DNA of 64,000 nt, from contig JANXDI010000015.1 of NCBI GenBank assembly GCA_025059595.1, positions 167,469-231,468 on the forward strand, read 5' to 3'. Under the pieces are notes generated by a model. It did no database searches. It was not told the origin of the DNA and was given only the letters and a program-made list of their open reading frames with translations. Made by a program: the position numbers and the translations under genes. Positions within the stretch are counted from its first letter, which is position 1; every line of letters begins with the position of its first letter. Positions 8,370 through 17,325 of this stretch are shown piece after piece. This DNA comes from Candidatus Calditenuaceae archaeon (lineage in GTDB: Archaea; Thermoproteota; Nitrososphaeria_A; Caldarchaeales; Calditenuaceae).

Positions 8370-9836
8370 TTAGCGGCTTGTTAGGGGTGGTTTGGTCATG
8401 TGCTCGAACTCCTCAGGTATCGCCTTTGCGGATGCTATTTCCCTGAAGACGAGCGCGCTCGGCCTCGCATAGCGCCTCTTCGTAGCGTTGTCCACCTCAA
8501 AGAGCCCGAACCTCATACTATAGCCTCGCGACCACTCAAGATTGTCGGTGAGATTCCAGTGGAAGTATCCCCTCACATCTAAGCCGTCTCTCTGTGCCCT
8601 GTGAATCTGATAGAGATGCGAGACTAGGAGCCTCGGCCTTATCCGGTCCTCTGAATCTGCGCATCCGTTCTCCGTGACGTAGATTGGAAGGCGGTATCGG
8701 TTGTGGAGCCTTGTGAGGACGTTGTAGAGCCCCTCAGGGTATACCTCCCAGCCGAAGTCGCTGGTCGGCCTGCCGTCGAGGGAGGCGGACCTCGGCTCGC
8801 AGCTGTATCCATAACCCTCAACGACCTTAAACCCAGACGGCAACTCACTTGCTTCTTCTACAACAATTCTAGAGTAGTAGTTTAGACCAACCCAGTCAAG
8901 CCTCCCCCTAATCTCATCGACCACGCCACCACCTAGCAACCCCTTCTGCGCCACATCGTATATTGAGACGTTAAACTCGAAGCCCCTCTCAGCAGCGGCA
9001 CGGTCTTTAGGGGTTAGAGGCATCCACTCAGCCACAGACTCCACAACACCGATGGGCTTTTTCGAGAAGCTCTTAACGGAGTCATAGGCGACTGCGTGAG
9101 CCTCGCCAAGATGCTTGGTCACTGAGAGGTATGTCTGGAGGTCGAGGTAGCCGGGAGGGAAGCCGGACCTGACTTGTAAGTATCCGGCGTTGGCCACGAC
9201 TGAGGGCTCGTTCATAGTATACCACATATCGACTAGGTCGTCTAGGTGTTGGGCGATGAATGCGGAGAACTTGGCGAACTCGACGACGCATTTTTCATCG
9301 GCCCATCCTGAGTTGGCGCGGTCGGGGCCTTGTTTCCTAACCTTTATCGGGTCGTGCAGCCAGAGTGGTAGGGACCAGTGGAAGAGGTTCACGATGACTA
9401 GGCCACCGCGGCTTCTCCAGTCGGAGAGTATTTCGCGGTAGTGGTTGAGGGCTTTCATGTCCGCCATCTTCTCGAGCTCCTTTAGATGCTTCTCCTCGAC
9501 CATGACCCTCGTCAAGACTCCTCCGCTTCTCTCCTCCTGAACTTTCACGTCGAAAGTGGCTCTTGGGAAGATTCTCGCCCACTCAACCGTTATCCAAGCA
9601 GCGTCCATGCCTATGCTTCGAGCCCTCTCATGGTCCTCTTTGTAGAGGCCCCAATATCCTGGCCCATCCTCCGGCCTGTCGCCACTCACGATACCCGCCA
9701 CGATATTCTCGGGGTCATGGAGCCACGCAACCCAGTCGGAGGAGAACTCCGAGTCAGGAGTCCCCATCTCATGCTGCACACCAACCGTCGAGAACCCGAA
9801 CCTGAAATCGGCACCTAGTGAGAACTTAGCACACAC
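8370..9836 (-). CDS. Glycoside hydrolase family 1 beta-glycosidase
   Basis: Acid/base motif TMNEPSVV and nucleophile motif YVTENGCAD. 488 aa with an archaeal LacS-like layout. Confidence 0.95.
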   Translation of the reverse strand: MCAKFSLGADFRFGFSTVGVQHEMGTPDSEFSSDWVAWLHDPENIVAGIVSGDRPEDGPGYWGLYKEDHERARSIGMDAAWITVEWARIFPRATFDVKVQEERSGGVLTRVMVEEKHLKELEKMADMKALNHYREILSDWRSRGGLVIVNLFHWSLPLWLHDPIKVRKQGPDRANSGWADEKCVVEFAKFSAFIAQHLDDLVDMWYTMNEPSVVANAGYLQVRSGFPPGYLDLQTYLSVTKHLGEAHAVAYDSVKSFSKKPIGVVESVAEWMPLTPKDRAAAERGFEFNVSIYDVAQKGLLGGGVVDEIRGRLDWVGLNYYSRIVVEEASELPSGFKVVEGYGYSCEPRSASLDGRPTSDFGWEVYPEGLYNVLTRLHNRYRLPIYVTENGCADSEDRIRPRLLVSHLYQIHRAQRDGLDVRGYFHWNLTDNLEWSRGYSMRFGLFEVDNATKRRYARPSALVFREIASAKAIPEEFEHMTKPPLTSR

Positions 9837-9857
9837 TCATGAAAAAGAGAAGCCACG

Positions 9858-9865
9858 AATATATC
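9858..9865 (-). promoter_or_regulatory. TATA-like box for the GH1 gene
   Basis: AATATATC on the + strand, centred about 25 nt upstream of the GTG start at 9836. Confidence 0.35.
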
Positions 9866-9898
9866 ACTATCTATCTCCCGCGTTAATTCGTCGGAGAG

Positions 9899-9907
9899 AT
9901 TTAAAAG
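9899..9907 (+). promoter_or_regulatory. TATA-like box for the 9932 ORF
   Basis: ATTTAAAAG is centred about 29 nt upstream of the ATG at 9932. Confidence 0.35.
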
Positions 9908-9931
9908 TGGGGGGAGTGTGGTCTCAAACGT

Positions 9932-10231
9932 ATGTCGGATGAGGAGCATGAGTGGATTGACGCAATCGTCATAGGGTTCGACGAAGAGGAGAGGATACTC
10001 GCCTCACCAACTGCGACTTTGGAGTCTGCTCGACTCTCGGCCCTAGTCGGCGAGGAGGCGCTTTACGAAGACTTCAACGGCACGATATGGAGGGGTAAGG
10101 TTATCGATGTCGCCGAAGATGTCTTCGTGGTGGTCTTCAAGATGGGGGCATCCAGCGAACTGCCTCCCGGCCTAGGGGCGGGGAGTCTCCTCAAGCTCCC
10201 GGCTAAGCCAGCGGAGAAGCGACCTCTATAG
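9932..10231 (+). CDS. Hypothetical small acidic protein (possible beta-barrel)
   Basis: 99-aa ATG ORF with its own TATA-like box and protein-like composition. I recognise no motif. Confidence 0.5.
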   Translation: MSDEEHEWIDAIVIGFDEEERILASPTATLESARLSALVGEEALYEDFNGTIWRGKVIDVAEDVFVVVFKMGASSELPPGLGAGSLLKLPAKPAEKRPL

Positions 10232-10301
10232 CTTATAGACCTGTCTCAGATGCCTTAAACGTTTTAATACCGTCCGTTCGCAGGGGCTTCTAGGTCGGAA
10301 T

Positions 10302-11453
10302 TTGAGGATTTTCAAGAGCGAGGAGAAGCTCTCACCTGAGTATGTGCCACCGAGGCTACCGCATAGGGAGAGGGAGCTGAGTCTACTCGAGACTTTCTTC
10401 TCCAGCTACATCGCCGGGCGGCCGGCTGTCTCGGTTAGGGTCTTGATTGTGGGTTCGGTGGGGACTGGGAAGACAGCTCTGAGCAAGCTCTTCGGAAGAA
10501 GGCTTGAAGAGTCGAATAACATGGCGCGGTATATCCACATAAACTGCAGAATTCATACTACGCTCAGCTCAATCCTTAAGAAGATAGTCGAGGCCCTCGG
10601 AGCACCCATACCGGCCCGAGGCCTCTCACCTGAGGAGCTCGGAGCGAGGATAATGGACCTGCTTGAGAGGAAGAGGATGCTTATAGTCGTGGGGCTTGAC
10701 GAGTTCGACGGATTTCTCCACGCCGACCCAAGAGGGGTATACACCCTTATGAGGCTGGGAGAGGAGAGGACCCGCGAGGCGAGGGCCTCCGTCATCGCGA
10801 TTAGCAGGAACGCCGAGATTCTCGAGGAGATGGATGAAAGTGTGAGGGGGATGTTTCAGGCAGGCGTCATTTATCTGGAGGAGTATGACCATCGTCAGCT
10901 CAGCGACATAGTAGAGTTTAGGTGCTCGGAGGCCTTCCATTCAGGAGTCATGACCGAGGAGGCGAAGGGGCTCGTGGCCGACATGGCCTCTGAGCGTGGA
11001 GACGCGAGATACGCGGTCGAGCTCCTCTGGAGGGCGGGGAAATACGCGGAGAATGAGGGCGCGGCGAGGGTGACTCCCGAGCACGTCCGGAAGGCCGCCG
11101 CCAGCATCTATCCATCCATAAAGAGGGAGATGCTCACCTACATCTCGAGGCACGAGAAGCTTCTACTGCTAGCGGCCTCCCGCCTCCTCCTAAGCAGCGG
11201 GAAGTCATACATCTCCTCAACTGAGCTCTACCAAGCATACAGGGTCGTCTGTGAAGAATTTGGGTCTGCGGCCAAGGCATACACGAGGTTCTGGGAGCAC
11301 ATGCAGCGGCTTGAGGACCTAGGACTGATTCGGGTTAAGATTGGGAAGGGAGAGTCGCGGGGGCGGAAGAGCTTCGTCACTCTACCCGGGATTCCTGCGT
11401 CTATTATGGTGAGGGAGGTCTCCGCACTCCTCGAGTCTGGCGAGAAGGAGTAG
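10302..11453 (+). CDS. cdc6: Orc1/Cdc6 replication initiator
   Basis: N-terminal YVPPRLPHRERE, Walker A GSVGTGKTA, Walker B VVGLDEFD, and a C-terminal winged-helix region. The start is a TTG. Confidence 0.95.
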   Translation: MRIFKSEEKLSPEYVPPRLPHRERELSLLETFFSSYIAGRPAVSVRVLIVGSVGTGKTALSKLFGRRLEESNNMARYIHINCRIHTTLSSILKKIVEALGAPIPARGLSPEELGARIMDLLERKRMLIVVGLDEFDGFLHADPRGVYTLMRLGEERTREARASVIAISRNAEILEEMDESVRGMFQAGVIYLEEYDHRQLSDIVEFRCSEAFHSGVMTEEAKGLVADMASERGDARYAVELLWRAGKYAENEGAARVTPEHVRKAAASIYPSIKREMLTYISRHEKLLLLAASRLLLSSGKSYISSTELYQAYRVVCEEFGSAAKAYTRFWEHMQRLEDLGLIRVKIGKGESRGRKSFVTLPGIPASIMVREVSALLESGEKE

Positions 11454-12732
11454 TCCTTCTCTTGTGTGCGGGGGCCTGAGCCTGTGGGGCGGCTGCGGAT
11501 GGCTGAGCGCCCGCCAGCTCTATGACCGCCCTGACCTCTTCGTCCGTCAGCCCAAAGTAAGAGGCCAACCCCCTCTCCCCCCTTCTAAACATCTCGGCGA
11601 GAAACGGAAGCATCTCGTTAGCCACCTTGACTCTAGACATCTTGCATCGACTGGCAACCCTCTCCAGCACCGACTGGACCAGAGTCCTCTGATGCCGCGT
11701 CTGCTGAAAGAACCTGAACGTTGAGGGGAACTCGAACCTCTCCCCCTTCTCCCCATAAACCTGCTTCATGACACCTGGCCCGGCTCCGAGTAGAGGCGAA
11801 ACATACCGCAGGAGCTCCCATCTCTGGAGCCTCCGGACTCTAGAGTAATGGAGGTCAGCGTCTGCCAAGAGCTTAAAGGCGTCAGCTATTGCTTGGGGGC
11901 TGTGAATCTGGTTCAGAATGTTGTCGCCAACCCATATCATGATGTCTCCGACCTCCATGTCCGCCCCCTGGACAGCATTCCTCCCAGCAACGGCGGAGGT
12001 CGCGCCAAAAATCTCGCTCAAAACCTCGAAGGCCGTCTTCTTCCTATCCCTGAGCTCAAGAGAGCCCAGCAAATCTACCCCAGCCGTGGAGCAAAGTATC
12101 TGGACATCGTTAATCGCGCTTCTCATATCTCCCTCCGCCCGCCTAACGATCTCGGCTAAGAGCTTCTCATCAACCGAGACGCCTTCGGAGGCAATTATCT
12201 TCTTGAGGTGGGCGAGTATCTCCCGCTGCTTGAGCTTGTTGAACTTTATCATTAAGGCGTTCTCCCTCAGAGGCGCGAGCCGCGGGTCCCAAGGGTCGTT
12301 AGCTATCATGACGATGGGCGTTTTTGTGGACTTGATTATGGAGGATATCGTTGCGACACCTCCAACAGCCTCACGGCCCGCTATACCGTCAACCTCGTCG
12401 AGCATTATGATTCTCTTCCTTGTTCCGCTTAATGTGGATTGACGCGCCGACTCTCCGACGATGGTCTTCAGCCTCTCCGAGCTTCTCTCGTCGCTCGCGT
12501 TCAACTCCACGACTTCGTATCCATGCTCCGAGGCGTAGGCGAGGACTAGTGATGTCTTACCGGTGCCGGGCGGGCCTGCGAGGAGGGCGGCCTTCGCCTC
12601 TGGAGAGCCTCTCTCCCACCCCCTTATCCATGCCTCGAACTGCTTCTTCGCCTCCTCGTTGCCAATTACCTCTGAGACCCGCCTAGGCCGATACTTCTCA
12701 GTCCACGGTATGCTCAAATTCCTACTTACCAA
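11404..12732 (-). CDS. rfcL: Replication factor C large subunit
   Basis: WTEKYRP box, Walker A GPPGTGKTS, Walker B IIMLDEVDG. A basic Pro/Ala-rich tail overlaps the cdc6 3' end. Confidence 0.9.
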   Translation of the reverse strand: MVSRNLSIPWTEKYRPRRVSEVIGNEEAKKQFEAWIRGWERGSPEAKAALLAGPPGTGKTSLVLAYASEHGYEVVELNASDERSSERLKTIVGESARQSTLSGTRKRIIMLDEVDGIAGREAVGGVATISSIIKSTKTPIVMIANDPWDPRLAPLRENALMIKFNKLKQREILAHLKKIIASEGVSVDEKLLAEIVRRAEGDMRSAINDVQILCSTAGVDLLGSLELRDRKKTAFEVLSEIFGATSAVAGRNAVQGADMEVGDIMIWVGDNILNQIHSPQAIADAFKLLADADLHYSRVRRLQRWELLRYVSPLLGAGPGVMKQVYGEKGERFEFPSTFRFFQQTRHQRTLVQSVLERVASRCKMSRVKVANEMLPFLAEMFRRGERGLASYFGLTDEEVRAVIELAGAQPSAAAPQAQAPAHKRRTTPSRQTRGVRRPPSP

Positions 12733-13699
12733 CCTGAGACGCGGAATAAAGGTTGGTGAGGAACATCATTATCTGGAGCTCAGGGTTTGCGCCCTGTGAA
12801 ATTCTGAAGTCAACCTCGCCGAGGAGCGAGACGAGCTCAAGCTTCTTTTTCTCCGGGATTGAGAGGTAGAGGAGGTCGCGGTACATCTGGCTAACAAGGT
12901 CTCTCTCAGACGCCCCGTTAACGTAAAGTATGGTTCTGAGCTGCTTCCTCACGTTCTCGAGCTTCCCAGCGACCGCGAGTTCGAGGAGCCTCCTCACCTC
13001 ACCGCCCCAGGCCAACCCAGCAACCTGATAGACCCGGTCAGCGTCAATCTTTTTCCCGTATGTTGACGCTGTCTGGAGCAGGTTGATGCACCTCCTCAAG
13101 TCCCCCTCAGTTACCTCATAAAGAGCCTCCATCGCCTTCTCATCCACCTCCAGACCCTCCTGCCTAGCTATCCTCTCAATTGCCAGCTTCATTTGCTCTA
13201 GCTCGATCGGTTTGAACCTGAAGACGGCGCACCTTGACTGTATCGGTTCGATTATTCTATTGGCGTAGTTTGCCGCTAGGATGAACCTGCAGGTGGCTGA
13301 GAACTGCTCCATAACTCTTCTGAAGGCGTGCTGGGCGTCTGATGTTAGCTGGTCTGCTTCGTCGAGGAGGAGAATTTTGAATCCTAATCCGCCTATCGGT
13401 ATCGTACGGGCGAAGCCTTTAACCTTCTCCCTGATAACGTCTATTCCCCTCTCGTCGCTCGCGTTAATTTCGAGGAAGTGGCCGTCCTCGATGTATCTTA
13501 CGCCGTAAAGGTCATTGGCGAAGGCGTGTGCTGTCGCTGTCTTGCCGACCCCAGGAGGCCCTGTGAAAAGCATGTGAGGGACCGAGTGGGTGGAGAGTAT
13601 GGTCTTAAGGCTGTTCACGATTGCCTCCTGATTGATTATCTGGGAGAGACTTCTTGGGCGATACTTCTCAATCCACGGTATAGTCTCCTGAAGAGCCAA
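12722..13699 (-). CDS. rfcS: Replication factor C small subunit
   Basis: WIEKYRP, Walker A GPPGVGKTA, Walker B LLLDEADQLT, SRC motif QSRCAVFRF. Confidence 0.95.
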   Translation of the reverse strand: MALQETIPWIEKYRPRSLSQIINQEAIVNSLKTILSTHSVPHMLFTGPPGVGKTATAHAFANDLYGVRYIEDGHFLEINASDERGIDVIREKVKGFARTIPIGGLGFKILLLDEADQLTSDAQHAFRRVMEQFSATCRFILAANYANRIIEPIQSRCAVFRFKPIELEQMKLAIERIARQEGLEVDEKAMEALYEVTEGDLRRCINLLQTASTYGKKIDADRVYQVAGLAWGGEVRRLLELAVAGKLENVRKQLRTILYVNGASERDLVSQMYRDLLYLSIPEKKKLELVSLLGEVDFRISQGANPELQIMMFLTNLYSASQVGK

Positions 13700-13825
13700 T
13701 CCACCCCTCTAAGCCTCTGCGCCTGTTCATTAGGTTTGCCTCAAAAAGGCTTGGAGAATGAATTCTCGGTCTCACGTTAAGGTGAGCTATCGATATATAG
13801 GGGAGTCGTCCCGATAGTTAATCCG

Positions 13826-14494
13826 ATGCTGGCGTTCAAGGGGCTTGAGGTTAGGTGGCTTGGCCACGCAGGGTTCAGCGTCCGCGGAGGAGGCCGCGAG
13901 ATTGTTTTCGACCCATATCAGCTCAAGACTAGAGCCAAGCTAGAGGCGGACATAGTATTCATCACGCATGAGCACTTCGACCACCTCTCAGCGAGTGATT
14001 TGGCAAAGGTTACTTCACCGCAAAAGACGACGATCGTGGCGGCAAGAAACTGTATGGACGGATTAGCAAAAGTATCGTGCAAGTCAAAGGTATTCGTCAC
14101 GCCAGGGGACAAGGGTGAGGTAGAGGGTGTCAGGTACTGGGCTGTCCCGGCCTTCAATGTTAACAAGTTCAGGTCTCCTGGAGTGGTGTTTCACCCGAGA
14201 GAGTATGGAGGCGTGGGATTCGTTGTTGAGGTGGCGGGAGTCCGGATATATCATCCCGGTGACACCGACGTCATTCCTGAGATGAGGCAGCTTGGGCGGA
14301 TAGACTTGGCCTTCCTTCCTGTGAGCGGTGTTTATGTCATGACGGCGGCCGAGGCTGTGGAGGCGGCCAACATTATTGCCCCTGAGGTTGCTGTTCCGAT
14401 GCATTATGGCGCGATAGCCGGCTCTCGGAGAGACGCAGAGGAGTTTAAGAGCAAGGCTAAGTGCCGCGTAGAGATATTAGAGCCCGAGGCATAG
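13826..14494 (+). CDS. Metallo-beta-lactamase-fold hydrolase (UPF0173-like)
   Basis: HxHxDH motif ITHEHFDHL, followed by downstream His and Asp ligands (YHPGDTD, VPMHYG). Confidence 0.85.
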   Translation: MLAFKGLEVRWLGHAGFSVRGGGREIVFDPYQLKTRAKLEADIVFITHEHFDHLSASDLAKVTSPQKTTIVAARNCMDGLAKVSCKSKVFVTPGDKGEVEGVRYWAVPAFNVNKFRSPGVVFHPREYGGVGFVVEVAGVRIYHPGDTDVIPEMRQLGRIDLAFLPVSGVYVMTAAEAVEAANIIAPEVAVPMHYGAIAGSRRDAEEFKSKAKCRVEILEPEA

Positions 14495-14507
14495 AAGGCT
14501 GATAATA

Positions 14508-14972
14508 ATGTCGGCAGGAAAATGCGATCACGACCTTAAGTATGCTGGAGTCCTGAATGTGACGCAGGGCGAGGAGGTGGTGAAGGTTGTGGAAGCTTGG
14601 AGGTGTAGAAGATGCGGAGCCACTAAGGTTGGGCTCCGCGGTCCCGGGACCCTGACATCGACTGACGGCCTCTTAGAGCTTCTTGAGCCTAGCGATGCCA
14701 AGTGGATTGTCGCCGTCTGGAGGGGTATAGGGGCCATTCCGCCAGGTGTGGCAGCGGTTGCTGCGCGGCCGGGGGAGGTAGTTAGGGTAGAGACCCCCCA
14801 TGAGGGTGAGGACGAGTTCCTCGTTGGCCCTGATTACCACCTTCGCAGGAGCTCTGATGGGCGAGAGCCTGAGTCTGTGAGGAGCTTCCTCCTAGACGAG
14901 GTTTTGACGGGGTGGATTGACCTCTCCGAGTGGCCTCCGCGGATTTTGACGCTGAGGCCTCAGTCGGGGTAG
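14508..14972 (+). CDS. Hypothetical protein (possible N-terminal zinc ribbon)
   Basis: 154-aa ATG ORF with a CDHD ... CRRCG pattern. Its 3' end overlaps rnz by 13 nt. No family recognised. Confidence 0.4.
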   Translation: MSAGKCDHDLKYAGVLNVTQGEEVVKVVEAWRCRRCGATKVGLRGPGTLTSTDGLLELLEPSDAKWIVAVWRGIGAIPPGVAAVAARPGEVVRVETPHEGEDEFLVGPDYHLRRSSDGREPESVRSFLLDEVLTGWIDLSEWPPRILTLRPQSG

Positions 14973-15880
14973 GGAATCTCGAGCTTCTCGAGGTCGCTGG
15001 GGAGTATCGTGTTTGGGAAAAGTTTCTTGGCCTCACTGAGTAGTGTCTCCTCTCTTCCGTGGTATCTGGGGCTTATGTGAAAGAGCGCGAGCATCCTAGC
15101 CTCCGCTTGAAGTGCGGCCTCTGCCGCCTCACGGGCTGTGCTATGCCCCTCATCGTGCGCGCGCTCCACGAGGCTCTGGTCAAACGTGGCGTCGTGAATG
15201 AGCAGGTCGGCATGTCTTGCGAACTCTATTATCCTCTGAGAAAACCTAGTATCTCCGGTGTAAACTATCTTCCTACCTCTCCTGGGGGGGTCGACCGCCT
15301 CCTCAGGCAGGATTGTACGTCCGGAGAATTCTACGGGCTCGCCTCTCTGAAGCCTCCCCCAGAGAGGGCCCCGCGGAAGGCCGAGACTCTCCAGATACTC
15401 GACCCTCATTTTACCTGGCCGGTCATTCTCGAAGAGCCCGTAACAATAGGACTCGGTTGAGTGGTCGGACTCCACGGCCGCCATCCTAAAGCCTCTCCCT
15501 TGATAGACCGTGCCGAGGCCCGTCGGAGTAATCTCGACCTCGAATCCGACCTCGGTATCCAACGCCTCAAGAAGCCTCTCAACGGTCTCGCATGCCGTTG
15601 GAGGGCCGTAGATGGCCACAGGCTCCTCCCGCCCCATCATGCTAAGCGTGTAGAGGACTCCCGGCACTCCGAGGAGATGGTCCGCGTGGCGGTGTGTGAT
15701 GAAGATTTTAAGCTCTTTGGGGAGGCCGAGCCCTGAGGAGAGGAGCTGCCTCTGGGTTGACTCGCCGCAGTCGAATAGAAGCAGGGAGCCAGAGACCCTT
15801 ATCGCGACGCTCGGAAGAGCTCTGCTAGGGGAAGGCATGCCTCCACTAGTCCCCAAAAAGCAGACCAGCATCTGAGTCAT
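14960..15880 (-). CDS. rnz: Ribonuclease Z (tRNA 3' endonuclease)
   Basis: N-terminal FLGTSGGMPS and HxHxDH motif ITHRHADHLLG. The ORF is open up to 15925, but the Met at 15880 gives the canonical RNase Z N-terminus. Confidence 0.9.
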   Translation of the reverse strand: MTQMLVCFLGTSGGMPSPSRALPSVAIRVSGSLLLFDCGESTQRQLLSSGLGLPKELKIFITHRHADHLLGVPGVLYTLSMMGREEPVAIYGPPTACETVERLLEALDTEVGFEVEITPTGLGTVYQGRGFRMAAVESDHSTESYCYGLFENDRPGKMRVEYLESLGLPRGPLWGRLQRGEPVEFSGRTILPEEAVDPPRRGRKIVYTGDTRFSQRIIEFARHADLLIHDATFDQSLVERAHDEGHSTAREAAEAALQAEARMLALFHISPRYHGREETLLSEAKKLFPNTILPSDLEKLEIPYPD

Positions 15881-15932
15881 CGCCGCGCCTCTGATACTTC
15901 GGGCGCGGCTGGTTATAGCCCTCACTCAGAAT

Positions 15933-17297
15933 TTAGGAGTAGATATATCGCAGTCCGAGCCTCTCCGCAATATCCCTGTCGAGACTGCATAGGTCCTCTC
16001 GAGATAGTTCCTGGACCGAGTATTTGCCGAGAGCAGAAACAAGCATCTTAGCCTCAACCTCGACCGTCCTAAGATAATTCTCCACGCCGCGGTCACCTGC
16101 GACCCAGCCGGCAACAGCCACCGGCCTCCCAAGCGCCACGCCATCGAGGCCGAGGCAGAGAGTCTTGATGAGGTGGCCGCCGTCATAGAGCCTCCCGGAC
16201 ACCAGAATTGAAGTTGAGCCATCACCTGACTTTAGCCACTCCGAGATGCTGCAGATTGCCGCGACAAGGGGGAGGCCCAGGTGTCTCATAGACGCGAGAG
16301 GGCTCATCCCAGTCCCACCCTCTTTACCGTCTATCCACACAGCATCAACGCCTTCCGAGACCAAGACCTCCAAAATCTGCGGCAGGTCCCTAAACGGGCC
16401 AAGCTTAACCCAGACCCTACACCTCGGGTAATTATTCCTCATCAGCCTCACCATACCCCTAAGAATCTCTGGTACGTAAGTCCCTGGAGCCGAGTGCCTC
16501 TCAACCGAGCTACCAGCCGGGTCTCCGGAGAAGTGATACTTGTCTCTGAGGCGCTCAGCTTCTTTTCTCGAGAGCCTCACCTCTCCCCCAAGCCCCGGCT
16601 TGGAGCCCTGACCAACCTTAATCTCGAACCCGACAAGCCCCTTCTGAATATACGGCTCGATGTCCGGGTCTGAGTAGACCTTGTTCCACAGCTCGTTATA
16701 GGCGTCCTCGACGCTCTGCTGAATCGTGACACCACCCACATCACCATCGAGGTTCTCGAGATACGTCATGACCCTCTCCTTGAAGCATGGCTGACCACTC
16801 TTAATCCTCCTCGAATAACCCCAAGTGGTTGCCACGTTCTCACCGACACCGAGCGGGACACCCACACGCGCCGCCCCCCGCGAAATGTCCAAGGAGATTT
16901 TGTTCGCAACTTGGACAGACCCCATCGACGCAACCATCACAGGCATCGACGCGTTGAAACCGCCTACTCTGTGTCTCAAATCCACGTCGCTGAATATCGG
17001 TTCTCGGAGTAGCTCAGCCATCTTCTTGAGCCTGAGGGGCGTGAATCCAGGCGGTAAGAGGAGAAGCTCGTCTAGCGTGGCGTATCTCGTGGCCTGCTTG
17101 TAGATGTTTGCCCCTTTTAGCAGCATGATTGAGGGCTTCAGGGTTTCCTCGGGGTAAATCGCGTCCACACCCTTCCTCGCTCTCTCAATAATCTCTCTAA
17201 AGGGATAACTCCTCCAAATCTCAGACAAATCCGAGAAGACCGAGTAAACTCCCTGAAGCGCCAGAAGAATTTTGAGGAGAAGACGCGAAAAAAGCAC
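15933..17297 (-). CDS. FMN-binding glutamate synthase family protein (GltB central-domain-like), stand-alone
   Basis: Motifs GQGSKPGLGGEV and DGKEGGTGMSP are typical of the GltS FMN domain. No amidotransferase or GXGXG-domain gene is adjacent. Confidence 0.85.
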   Translation of the reverse strand: MLFSRLLLKILLALQGVYSVFSDLSEIWRSYPFREIIERARKGVDAIYPEETLKPSIMLLKGANIYKQATRYATLDELLLLPPGFTPLRLKKMAELLREPIFSDVDLRHRVGGFNASMPVMVASMGSVQVANKISLDISRGAARVGVPLGVGENVATTWGYSRRIKSGQPCFKERVMTYLENLDGDVGGVTIQQSVEDAYNELWNKVYSDPDIEPYIQKGLVGFEIKVGQGSKPGLGGEVRLSRKEAERLRDKYHFSGDPAGSSVERHSAPGTYVPEILRGMVRLMRNNYPRCRVWVKLGPFRDLPQILEVLVSEGVDAVWIDGKEGGTGMSPLASMRHLGLPLVAAICSISEWLKSGDGSTSILVSGRLYDGGHLIKTLCLGLDGVALGRPVAVAGWVAGDRGVENYLRTVEVEAKMLVSALGKYSVQELSREDLCSLDRDIAERLGLRYIYS

Positions 17298-17325
17298 GAC
17301 AGAACTTCACCGTGTTAAGACTTCT

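Noticed and set aside
9837-10301. Replication origin (ORB repeats plus an A+T-rich unwinding element) next to orc1/cdc6
   Set aside because: The spacers are only about 70-95 nt. They contain no repeated ORB-like motif (TCCA...GGAAA...GGGGT type) that I could find, and no extended A+T-rich tract.
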